A stretch of 62,810 nt of DNA, taken from an uncultured Ectothiorhodospiraceae bacterium. GTDB lineage: Bacteria; Pseudomonadota; Gammaproteobacteria; HK1. Shown here piece after piece: positions 43,659 through 51,843 of the stretch. Position 1 is the stretch's first letter; the number at the start of each line of letters is the position of its first letter. The translations under genes and the position numbers were made by a program. The notes beneath the pieces are model-generated. The model was not told the DNA's origin. It did no database searches and saw only the letters and a program-made list of their open reading frames with translations. Location: assembly GCA_964605765.1 (NCBI GenBank), contig CAZSDY010000001.1, positions 1-62,810 on the forward strand, given 5' to 3'.

Positions 43659-44485
43659 TGGAGAATCTCCCAGTGGCGGCCCTACCGGAAAGATCGATTC
43701 GCATGCCAGATGACGCGGGCAGCACCGTCGTGTACGAGCAGCCGCTCAGCGAGCGGATTCGGTCGTTCCTGCGCCTCGAGCACCTGTTCGACCGAGCCAA
43801 CCACGAGTTAGGTGGGCAGGACACCTGGTCGAGTCGCGGGACGCTCGACTCGCTCATCGACATCATGTCATTGATGGGGCGTTCGGACGTCAAGAAGGAA
43901 GTCATCAAGGAGCTGGAACGAAACGCCGGCACGCTGCAGGCACTGGCAACGAACCCCAAGGTCGACAATGAACGGCTGCAGAGCATTCTGCTCCAGATCA
44001 AGGAGTTCCTGGATGTGCTCAAGATTCGGGACAACCCGCCAGGCTACGAGCTGCGCTACCACGACTTTCTGAGCTCGGTGCGCCAGCGCAGCAGCATTCC
44101 GGCCGGCACCTGCGACTTCGACCTGCCCAATCTGCACTGCTGGCTGCAAAGTCCGCGCGGGCTTCGCGACCGCGATCTCGAGCGCTGGCTGTCGGCCTTC
44201 GACGTCATACGCGACGCCATCTTGCTGTGCCTCGCACTGGTCCGTGAGAGCGCACCGGCCACTCGCGAGGTGGCGCATCACGGCTTCTACCAGCGAACCC
44301 TCGATACCGCCAACCCCTGCCATATGATCCGCGTCAGCCTGCGCGGTGAGCTCCGCGTGTTTCCCGAAATCAGTGCCGGCCGGCATCGATTCACGGTGCG
44401 ATTCATGCAGCTCACGAACGCCAACGAGCGTCCGATTCAGACGGACCAGGACATCGACTTCAATCTCAACTGCTGCATGATCTAG
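43658..44485 (+). CDS. zapD: cell division protein ZapD
   Basis: VVYEQPLSERIRSFLRLEHLF ... C-terminal FNLNCC, colinear with E. coli ZapD. An alternative ATG lies at 43703. Confidence 0.85.
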   Translation: MENLPVAALPERSIRMPDDAGSTVVYEQPLSERIRSFLRLEHLFDRANHELGGQDTWSSRGTLDSLIDIMSLMGRSDVKKEVIKELERNAGTLQALATNPKVDNERLQSILLQIKEFLDVLKIRDNPPGYELRYHDFLSSVRQRSSIPAGTCDFDLPNLHCWLQSPRGLRDRDLERWLSAFDVIRDAILLCLALVRESAPATREVAHHGFYQRTLDTANPCHMIRVSLRGELRVFPEISAGRHRFTVRFMQLTNANERPIQTDQDIDFNLNCCMI

Positions 44486-45501
44486 TCGAGGCGCCCCAGC
44501 GCGGTGCGCACGCTGCGATACCGCGGATCGCGCTCGAGCACCGAGAGCGGCGCCCCGCGGCGAGCATGCATGCGCGCAAGGCGCGAGCTGACCACGGCAT
44601 CGGGCCGCGCACATCCCGCATCCAGTATTTCATGCACGGCCGCGTGGTCGTTGCAAACGAGCACCATGTCGCAACCCGCACCGTGTGCCGAAGCAAACCT
44701 GTCGGCGGGGCCGCCGGCGACGGCGGCGCCGGCCATCACAATATCGTCGCTGAATACCGGCCCGCTGAAACCGAGCCGCCCGCGCAGGACGTCGGTTAGC
44801 CAGAACCGCGAGAAGGTTGCCGCTCGATCATCGACGGCGGGGAACAGCACGTGCGCCGTCATGATGGCGGGCAGCCCGTAGTGAATCATGCGCTCGAATG
44901 CCAGAAGGTCGTGCGCGGCGACACTCTCGAACGGCCGCGGGTCGACTGGCAGGGCGAGGTGTGAGTCCCCCCTCGCCGTGCCATGTCCCGGAAAGTGCTT
45001 GCCTACCACGGGCATCGAGGCTTCCCGTGCGCCCTGCATGATTGCTCTGGCAAGCTCGGCCACCGTCTGCGGGTCGTGGTGCAGCGCACGCTCACCTATG
45101 GCATCGTGATCACTACCCCTGAGATCGAGCACCGGAGCGAAACTGAAATCGATGCCAACCGAACGCAGCTCGCTTGCCATGACCCAGCCGGATTCCCTGG
45201 CGAGCCCGAGTGCACGTACGGGGTCGCTATCGTACAGCTCACCGAATCTCGCCATGGCGGGCAGGCGCGTGAACGCGCCACGCAAACGCTGCACGCGCCC
45301 GCCTTCCTGATCCACGGCCACCAGCAGGCGCGGCTCGCGCAGCGCGTGGATGACGGCTGTCAGCTCGCTGATCTGCTCCACGGACTCGTAGTTGCGCGAG
45401 AACAAGATGACGCCACCGACACCCGGTCGCATGAGAAGCTCGCGCTCATCATCGGCGAGGGTGGTGCCCGCGACATCGAGCATGACAGGGCCTAAAGCCA
45501 T
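44482..45501 (-). CDS. nagZ: beta-N-acetylhexosaminidase NagZ
   Basis: GVILFSRNY, VDQEGGRVQR and KHFPGHG motifs of GH3 NagZ. ATG at 45501. Confidence 0.92.
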   Translation of the reverse strand: MALGPVMLDVAGTTLADDERELLMRPGVGGVILFSRNYESVEQISELTAVIHALREPRLLVAVDQEGGRVQRLRGAFTRLPAMARFGELYDSDPVRALGLARESGWVMASELRSVGIDFSFAPVLDLRGSDHDAIGERALHHDPQTVAELARAIMQGAREASMPVVGKHFPGHGTARGDSHLALPVDPRPFESVAAHDLLAFERMIHYGLPAIMTAHVLFPAVDDRAATFSRFWLTDVLRGRLGFSGPVFSDDIVMAGAAVAGGPADRFASAHGAGCDMVLVCNDHAAVHEILDAGCARPDAVVSSRLARMHARRGAPLSVLERDPRYRSVRTALGRLD

Positions 45502-45718
45502 GGCGCCGCTTCGCCGATAGGGAGTCACGACTAGAATCAATCTGGACCAATAGCAATGTCAAGACCGGATGCGAGCGAACCATCGCGCCGATGGACAGAT
45601 CCATTCAGCCCGGCGCGGCAGCCGTAGCGCGGGGCTGACCACCCGGGCCGCGGTGCTGTAAAGAGACGATACACCGCTCTGAAGCCCTGATCTGGATAGA
45701 TCTATCCCTATCGCGGGA

Positions 45719-45991
45719 TCAGCCGGCTCCCGGGTCCTCGCGCGGGGGCCCGGCGGTAAGCAGATGGCGCGCTTCGGTCAGGGTCTGCACCCCCACCGCG
45801 ACCAGTTCGCCGTCGAACAGGATGGCCGGCAGAACACGCAGTCCAAGCGCGGCGATACGCTGTTCGCCTTCGGGTTCCTCGGCTGCAAGGACCACCAGTT
45901 CGAGATCGTTTTCGGCGCATGCCTCACGCCACACGGCGATAGCGTCGCCGCACGGCGCGCACTCCGCGCAAGTCAGCAACTCTACACGCAT
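45719..45991 (-). CDS. small thioredoxin-fold protein (redox-active disulfide protein 2-like)
   Basis: 90 aa. N-terminal MRVELLTCAECAPCG with CxxC motifs, and a ...LPAILFDGELV beta-strand pattern. Confidence 0.55.
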   Translation of the reverse strand: MRVELLTCAECAPCGDAIAVWREACAENDLELVVLAAEEPEGEQRIAALGLRVLPAILFDGELVAVGVQTLTEARHLLTAGPPREDPGAG

Positions 45992-46400
45992 GACTGTGTA
46001 AGCTGCTTGGCATTTCTCAGTGCGCCGTCACGGCGGATCGCCAAGTCCAAGGTGCGTGCAGACACAGCCGTGGAGGCCGGGGCGCAGCCGTAGTCGGGGC
46101 TCGGGTGGCGCATCTGCCCGGAGCAGACCGGGACGGGCGCAGGCTGGCTCGAAGAGCGGCGTCCAGGGATGAGGGCCGTAGCGGCAAATCCGCCCGTGGC
46201 TCGGCGAGCGAGGGCCGTGCCAGGTGAACGCCCTGCCACCCTGTTGCGGAATAACGTCCCATTCACGCAGTTCTTTTCCTTTGTCACTCAGTCGGTCAAG
46301 AGATCCGGCCACCGCCCCGGTGAGAGATGCGGGCCAGACGCCTCGTGGCTCCGGAAGGTTCCGGCTCGCCTCTATCATGGCCGGCAGGACGTGTTGTGCA

Positions 46401-46414
46401 TTGACTTAGGTCAA
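46401..46414. promoter_or_regulatory. FNR/DNR-type box TTGAC-TTAG-GTCAA upstream of the Crp/Fnr regulator gene
   Basis: Perfect inverted half-sites, 82 nt upstream of the ATG at 46496. A TAGAAT -10-like hexamer sits at 46457-46462. Confidence 0.6.
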
Positions 46415-46495
46415 ACCCACACCGGCATCGCAAACGTCAACGGCACGGCGCGGGTGATAGAATCAACAGCGTGTCCGGTGTTTCAGGGGGAAGGA

Positions 46496-47206
46496 ATGAC
46501 CGCTGATGAAGCCGTCGAGGTTGGCGATCTGCGCGGGATCCACCTCTTCGCGAGTCTCGATGACTCCCAAATCCGACGGGTTGCCGAGCACATGCGGGTC
46601 GAGCGATTGGCGGACGGCGAGCGCTTGTTCGACTTCGGCGATCCGGCGCGGCGCTTCTACTATCTGCGTAGCGGGATGCTCAAATTGTACCGGCTTTCCC
46701 CTGAGGGCGTGGAGAAGGTCATCTGGTTCGTACGTCCGCGTGAAACCTTCGCCGAAGCGATCATGTTCATGGACAAGGGCGACGCCTATCCGGTGAGCGC
46801 CGAGGCCATCGCGCCGAGCGTGGTGCAGAGCTTCGACAATGCCACCATGCTGGCGATCCTGCGCGAATCCACGAGCTGTTGTTTTCGGGTGATGGCGGCA
46901 ATGAGCCGGCGGCTGCGCCAACAGGTCGAAGAGATCGACCGCCTGACGTTACACAACGCGACCTATCGATTGGCGAATTTCCTGTTGCAGCAGATCCCAC
47001 TGGGCGTATTCGAATCCCCCGAGCTGCTCTTGACCATGCGCAAGCATGACATCGCGTCACGGCTCGGGATTGCGCCGGAGACACTGTCACGCATGCTGGC
47101 ACGGCTCGGCCAGCGGGGGCTGATTCAGGTCGACCGTCAGAACATTGTGTTGCGCGATATCGATGGATTGCGTCGCCTCGTCGATGTGGAGCGTGCGAAA
47201 GCGTAG
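46496..47206 (+). CDS. Crp/Fnr-family transcriptional regulator, DNR/NnrR-type (no FNR Cys cluster)
   Basis: cNMP-binding-like fold (HLFASLDDSQIRRVAEHM...), C-terminal HTH with the E--SR recognition motif (IAPETLSRMLARL), and no N-terminal Cys cluster. ATG at 46496 with a GGGGGAAGG SD. Confidence 0.85.
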   Translation: MTADEAVEVGDLRGIHLFASLDDSQIRRVAEHMRVERLADGERLFDFGDPARRFYYLRSGMLKLYRLSPEGVEKVIWFVRPRETFAEAIMFMDKGDAYPVSAEAIAPSVVQSFDNATMLAILRESTSCCFRVMAAMSRRLRQQVEEIDRLTLHNATYRLANFLLQQIPLGVFESPELLLTMRKHDIASRLGIAPETLSRMLARLGQRGLIQVDRQNIVLRDIDGLRRLVDVERAKA

Positions 47207-47263
47207 TACGGTAAGCAAGCCGCCGATTGCTTCGAGCTCCAGGATAGCCGAGGAGAGAAAGAG

Positions 47264-47449
47264 ATGGATATCGTCCTCTTTACCATTACCGCAATTGCGC
47301 TGTATGCATTTTCGGACTGGGTGGTACGGCGTATCGAGACGGCGCGAGGCGGCGTGATGAAGAATCGTTCACTGGTGTTCTTCGCGATTATCACGCCGTT
47401 GGCTTTACTCAGCTTTGCCCTGATACGCCACCTGCTCGCTTCGGGCTGA
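47264..47449 (+). CDS. small two-TM membrane protein
   Basis: 61 aa. AGGAGAG SD 6 nt upstream of the ATG. Two hydrophobic helices flank RRIETARGGVMKNR. Confidence 0.5.
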   Translation: MDIVLFTITAIALYAFSDWVVRRIETARGGVMKNRSLVFFAIITPLALLSFALIRHLLASG

Positions 47450-47494
47450 CCCCTCTCCCCGCTGCGGATTCCTTCTCCAACCCGATTCCCCGCT

Positions 47495-47508
47495 TTGACT
47501 TAAGTCAA
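47495..47508. promoter_or_regulatory. FNR/DNR-type box TTGAC-TTAA-GTCAA upstream of the heme-copper oxidase operon
   Basis: Perfect palindrome. A TTAGAT -10-like hexamer at 47531-47536 puts the box centre near -41.5 (class II geometry). 86 nt upstream of the ATG at 47594. Confidence 0.65.
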
Positions 47509-47593
47509 GGCGGGGAATGCTCGCTTCCCTTTAGATCAGCTCGCCAGGCATGGGCACGCGTCCATGACCGCTTCGGCTCTGGAGGGAAAATTG

Positions 47594-47764
47594 ATGGTGG
47601 ACGAGAAAGAACCGGTCGCCCCGACCGAAGAAGAGCGAATTCCGGTGATGCAGCAGATTCTGGATAACCCGTTTCTGCTGTTGTTTCTGGGGGTCACCAT
47701 ACCAGCGGTGCTGTACGTGATCTGGGGAGTGATAGAAGTCGTGCAGATACCCATCGGGCAATAA
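47594..47764 (+). CDS. small single-TM protein, first gene of the oxidase operon (possible subunit IIa-like accessory subunit)
   Basis: GGAGGG SD 7 nt upstream of the ATG at 47594. 56 aa with one TM helix, FLLLFLGVTIPAVLYVIWGVI. Confidence 0.55.
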   Translation: MVDEKEPVAPTEEERIPVMQQILDNPFLLLFLGVTIPAVLYVIWGVIEVVQIPIGQ

Positions 47765-47784
47765 AGAACACAGGGGGAAACGTC

Positions 47785-48318
47785 ATGTCTGCAATCTCAC
47801 CGCCGGAAGTACGCGTCTGGTGGCGGACGCCGATTGGTCGCACCGAGCTCGTGTGGATGACGATAGCCTTCCTGTGGGGGCTGTTCATGTTCTTCATGAT
47901 GATCTACTGGCACGGGGCGGGCGGTCAGAATCTTTCCAACGAAGCCTATCGCACCACGCCGGAGCGTTTCGCGGCAAAAACCGACGCGATGATCGAGAAG
48001 TACAAGGTGCGCGAGGAAAACGGTTACCCCGTGGTGCACCCGCCCGCGGGCAGCGACGTGTATATATTCGGCCGGCGCTGGCAGTGGTGGCCGATTCTTG
48101 AACTGGAAAAGGGCAAGAGCTATCGCATCCACCTGACCTCGCTCGACTGGGCGCACGGCTTTTCCCTGCAGCCGGTCAATCTCAACATCCAGGTGCAGCC
48201 GGGCTACGAGATGGTCTTCAAATTGACGCCCACCGAAAGCGGTGAGTTCACCATCGTCTGCAACGAATATTGCGGCATCGGACATCATCTGATGCTCGGC
48301 AAGATCTTCGTCAAGTAG
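47785..48318 (+). CDS. heme-copper oxidase subunit II, single TM plus CuA cupredoxin domain
   Basis: 177 aa, close to ba3 subunit II in size. CuA ligand pattern WAHGF ... CNEYCGIGHHLM (H, CxExCxxxHxxM). Confidence 0.85.
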   Translation: MSAISPPEVRVWWRTPIGRTELVWMTIAFLWGLFMFFMMIYWHGAGGQNLSNEAYRTTPERFAAKTDAMIEKYKVREENGYPVVHPPAGSDVYIFGRRWQWWPILELEKGKSYRIHLTSLDWAHGFSLQPVNLNIQVQPGYEMVFKLTPTESGEFTIVCNEYCGIGHHLMLGKIFVK

Positions 48319-48339
48319 CCGGGACCAGGGGGAGTAGAC

Positions 48340-50043
48340 ATGGCAAAGCAAGACCAATATCGTATCTGCCCGGCGACCGGGCTGCGCATCTACCGATCGG
48401 CGGAAAATCTCATCAAGGCCAACGCGGTGGTCGCGGTGATCTTTCTGGCGGTCGGCGGCGTGTTCGGGGTCGGGGTGGCCTTGACCCGTTGGCCGGCGGT
48501 GCACATGCTGCCGGCCGACTGGTTCTATCTGGCGCTGACCGCCCATGGCCTGGACATCCTGGTGGTCTGGGTGATTTTCTTCGAGATCGCGATCCTCTAT
48601 TTCGCCTCCGCGGTGCTGCTCAGCTCACGTCTGGCAACGCCCAGGTGGGCTTGGGCGGGCTTCATTCTGATGCTCGTCGGCGCCGCGGTGACGAACTACG
48701 CGGTGCTCCAGGGACAGTCGAGCGTGATGTTCACGTCTTATCCGCCGATGCAAGCCGCGCCGCATTACTATCTCGGCATCGTGCTGTTCGCGGTGGGGGC
48801 GCTGATTGCCTGTTTCGTGTTCTTCGGGACCTTGGTGATCGCGAAAAACGAGCAAACCTACGAGGGATCGGTACCGCTGGTGACCTTCGGTGCGATCACC
48901 GCCGCGATCATCGCGGTGTTCACCATCGCTTCGGGGGCGATCATTCTGATCCCGACCTTCCTGTGGTCGGTGGGACTCGTCAGCCACATCGATCCGGTGA
49001 TGTACAAGGTCGTCTTCTGGGCCTTCGGGCACTCCTCGCAGCAGATCAACGTGGCGGCGCACGTCGCGGTGTGGTATGCAATCGCCGCGATCCTGTTCGG
49101 CGCCAAGCCGCTGTCCGAGAAGGTCAGCCGCGGGGCCTATCTGCTCTACATCCTGTTCCTGCAGCTTGCCAGCGCCCACCACTTGCTGGTCGAGCCGGGG
49201 ATCAGTTCGGCGTGGAAGATCTTCAACACCAGCTACGCCATGTACCTCGCGGTGCTCGGCAGCCTGATCCACGGGATGACGGTGCCCGGCTCGATCGAGG
49301 CCGCGCAGCGGGTGCGCGGATACACCCACGGCATGTTCGAGTGGCTGCGCAAGGCGCCGTGGGGCAATCCGGCCTTTTCCGGCATGTTCCTTTCGCTAGT
49401 TGGCTTCGGCGTGCTCGGCGGCATTACAGGGGTGGTGCTCGGCACTGAGCAGATCAACCTGTTCATGCACAACACGCTATACGTGCCGGGCCATTTCCAC
49501 GGCACCGTGGCGGTCGGGACCACGCTCGCCTTCATGGCGCTTACCTATCTGGTGGTGCCGTTGATCTTCCAGCGCGAGATCATCCTCAAGGGTTGGGCCA
49601 AGTGGCAGCCCTACGTGTTCGGCGCCGGGGTGATCGGGATCTCGGTATTCCAAATGGCCGCCGGGGTGCTCGGGGTGTCGCGCCGCCATTGGGATATCAC
49701 CTTCGCCGACGCACCGCTGCATTTCAGCTACCCTGATTCGGCGATCCTGATGATGAGCCTGAACGGCATCTCCGCGCTGCTCGCGTTTGTCGGCGGCGGC
49801 ATGTTCGTGGTCGTGATTGTGGGCTCGATCCTGTTCGGCAAGAGCACCAAGTCTTCCGAGGCCGCCGAAGAGAAGAAGCCGGGCGTGGCACCGCCGATCG
49901 GATCCGCCGTCGGCCAGTATGGCAGCGCGGGTGTGCACGGCATTCCGGGAACCGCGGTGCTCGTGAGCGTGTTTTTCGTCGCCTTCGTGCTCTACTATTT
50001 CGTCAACTGGAAGTACGTTTCCGAGCTCTGGCTACTGGGCTAG
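48340..50043 (+). CDS. heme-copper oxidase subunit I, B-family-like, lacking the cross-linked Tyr (candidate NO reductase type)
   Basis: 567 aa. His69, His231, His280/281 and His385/387 line up with T. thermophilus ba3 His72, His233, His282/283 and His384/386. Position 235 (ba3 Tyr237) is Gln, in GHSSQQ. Confidence 0.8.
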   Translation: MAKQDQYRICPATGLRIYRSAENLIKANAVVAVIFLAVGGVFGVGVALTRWPAVHMLPADWFYLALTAHGLDILVVWVIFFEIAILYFASAVLLSSRLATPRWAWAGFILMLVGAAVTNYAVLQGQSSVMFTSYPPMQAAPHYYLGIVLFAVGALIACFVFFGTLVIAKNEQTYEGSVPLVTFGAITAAIIAVFTIASGAIILIPTFLWSVGLVSHIDPVMYKVVFWAFGHSSQQINVAAHVAVWYAIAAILFGAKPLSEKVSRGAYLLYILFLQLASAHHLLVEPGISSAWKIFNTSYAMYLAVLGSLIHGMTVPGSIEAAQRVRGYTHGMFEWLRKAPWGNPAFSGMFLSLVGFGVLGGITGVVLGTEQINLFMHNTLYVPGHFHGTVAVGTTLAFMALTYLVVPLIFQREIILKGWAKWQPYVFGAGVIGISVFQMAAGVLGVSRRHWDITFADAPLHFSYPDSAILMMSLNGISALLAFVGGGMFVVVIVGSILFGKSTKSSEAAEEKKPGVAPPIGSAVGQYGSAGVHGIPGTAVLVSVFFVAFVLYYFVNWKYVSELWLLG

Positions 50044-50113
50044 CAGGTATGGGAACGGTGCATATCGCGCGGGGCGCGGGCCCTAGCGGGGCGGCGCAAG
50101 GGAACGGATCCGT

Positions 50114-50986
50114 ATGAGTGACACGCTGCGAGTGCTGTTTTCGGTGTTCAAGCTGCGCATCGGCTTCGCGATCATGTTGTGCACCTTGGCCGGAATCGCG
50201 ATAGCGCCCGGTGTGGGGCTGCAATCCTGGCAGGTGGCGGTACTGGCATTGGCGGTACTGATGTCTTCGGCGAGCGCCGGGGCCTTCAACCAACTCGTGG
50301 AGCGCGATCTGGACGTGCGCATGCGGCGCACCCGCCAGCGACCTTTCGTAACCGGCCGTTTTCGTGCGGGTTGGCGCTGGTACGCCGTGACTGCTCTGTT
50401 GGTGATCGTCGCGGTAGTGGCGGCGGGGTGGGCGACCAATGCCGTGGCGGCCGTGAACGTGTTGCTCGGCGCCGTGACTTACGGCATCGTCTATACGCTA
50501 TGGCTGAAACGGCGCACCCGTTTGAATATCGTGATCGGTGGGCTGGCCGGGAGTTTCGCGGTCCTCGCGGGAGCCACGGCGGTCGATGCGAACCTGGCGC
50601 CGGCGCCGCTGATCCTGGCGCTGGTGCTGTTCCTGTGGACGCCGCCGCATTTCTGGAGCCTTGCTTTCGCCTACCGCGAGGACTATGCGCGGGCCGGCGT
50701 GCCTATGCTGCCGGTGGTCGTCGGCGAACGCGCCGCGGCGCGCGCGATCTTCGCCCATACGGTGGCCCTGGTCGGGCTGTCGCTGGTACCCGTCGTATTC
50801 GGGGCCGGCTGGATTTATCTGCTCGGTGCCGGCGCCGGAGGCGCGGTGTTCGTGCGGGAAAGCTGGCGGCTGTTGCGGCATCCGTCGACCGTGTTGGCGA
50901 TGAAGAACTTCCATGCCTCCCTGATCCAGCTCGGGGCGTTGCTGGGGGCGACGATCCTCGATGCGTGGTTGATCGCAGGCGAATGA
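50114..50986 (+). CDS. ctaB: protoheme IX farnesyltransferase (heme O synthase)
   Basis: UbiA-family polytopic protein with NQLVERDLDVRMRRTRQRP and WTPPHFWSLA motifs. Confidence 0.88.
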   Translation: MSDTLRVLFSVFKLRIGFAIMLCTLAGIAIAPGVGLQSWQVAVLALAVLMSSASAGAFNQLVERDLDVRMRRTRQRPFVTGRFRAGWRWYAVTALLVIVAVVAAGWATNAVAAVNVLLGAVTYGIVYTLWLKRRTRLNIVIGGLAGSFAVLAGATAVDANLAPAPLILALVLFLWTPPHFWSLAFAYREDYARAGVPMLPVVVGERAAARAIFAHTVALVGLSLVPVVFGAGWIYLLGAGAGGAVFVRESWRLLRHPSTVLAMKNFHASLIQLGALLGATILDAWLIAGE

Positions 50987-51837
50987 TACCGGCGGGCAGA
51001 CCGTGCCGGGTGGCGGTGGGGTTATTGTCACTGGCGCTTGGTGCGCCGGCGCCGGGCGTGGCGGCCGCAACGCCTCATTCGGCGACCGCGTTCGACGCCG
51101 ATCAGGCGCTCGCAGCCAGCCGGGCGACGCTCGGCGTGCGTTTGGGCAGGCACCGCTTCACCACCCGTGATGGCCGCGAGGTCAGCTTGCGGGCGTTGGC
51201 CGCCGGCCGTCCCCTGGTGTTGAGCCTGATCTACACCGGTTGTTATCACGTTTGCAGTGTCTCGACCCGCCATCTGGGTGGTGCGGTGCGGGTGGCACGT
51301 GAAGCGTTGGGGGACACGTTCGCGGTAGCCACGGTGGGATTCGATAGCGCCGCGGATACGCCCGCGCGGATGCGCGCCTACGCGCGCCGGCAAGGCGTTG
51401 CCGACGTGCTGGACTGGGCGTTCTTGAGCGGCGACGCCGCGAACATCGCCGCGCTCGTGAAAGACGTGGGATTCAGTTACTTCCGTTCCCCCAAGGGCTT
51501 CGACCATCTGGTTCAGACGACCGTCGTCGATGCCGAGGGGCGGGTCTACCGGCAGATTTACGGCGATGCATTTCAACCGCCGGCCCTGGTCGAACCACTC
51601 AAGGAGTTGGTGTTCGGCCGCGCGGTAGATGCCTCGGCGGGCTCCGTCGAGGCCTGGACCAATCGCCTGTTGTTGTTCTGTACCCTCTACGACCCGGCAT
51701 CCGGACGCTACCGCTTCGACTACTCGATATTTGTCGGAATCGGGGTGGGGATATTGGTTCTCGGCTCGCTCGGTGGATTCTTGGTGCGCGCCTGGAACGA
51801 GAATCTTCGGCGATCGAGTCATGGCAGCCGGGGTTAG
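50983..51837 (+). CDS. SCO1/SenC-family copper chaperone with a C-terminal TM anchor
   Basis: Signal/anchor, CxxxC motif LIYTGCYHVCS and downstream His (FDHLVQTTVVDAEGRV). ATG at 50983 overlaps the ctaB stop (ATGA). Confidence 0.8.
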   Translation: MIPAGRPCRVAVGLLSLALGAPAPGVAAATPHSATAFDADQALAASRATLGVRLGRHRFTTRDGREVSLRALAAGRPLVLSLIYTGCYHVCSVSTRHLGGAVRVAREALGDTFAVATVGFDSAADTPARMRAYARRQGVADVLDWAFLSGDAANIAALVKDVGFSYFRSPKGFDHLVQTTVVDAEGRVYRQIYGDAFQPPALVEPLKELVFGRAVDASAGSVEAWTNRLLLFCTLYDPASGRYRFDYSIFVGIGVGILVLGSLGGFLVRAWNENLRRSSHGSRG

Positions 51838-51843
51838 CCGCGG

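Noticed and set aside
45694-45707. Perfect 14-nt palindrome GGATAGATCTATCC just downstream of the thioredoxin-fold gene
   Set aside because: It is a single occurrence, has no U-run that would make it a terminator, and has no matching partner site or known operator consensus. The evidence is insufficient to call a feature.
50179-50982. N-terminal 268-aa extension of the Sco ORF (track ORF 50179..51837), and similarly 42315..43001 for coaE, 53162..53425 for the unknown TM protein and 59128..58853 for nirG
   Set aside because: The extensions overlap well-supported genes in another frame (ctaB, pilD, the cytochrome b fusion, nirDL). Internal starts give proteins of normal family length with overlap-coupled start codons.
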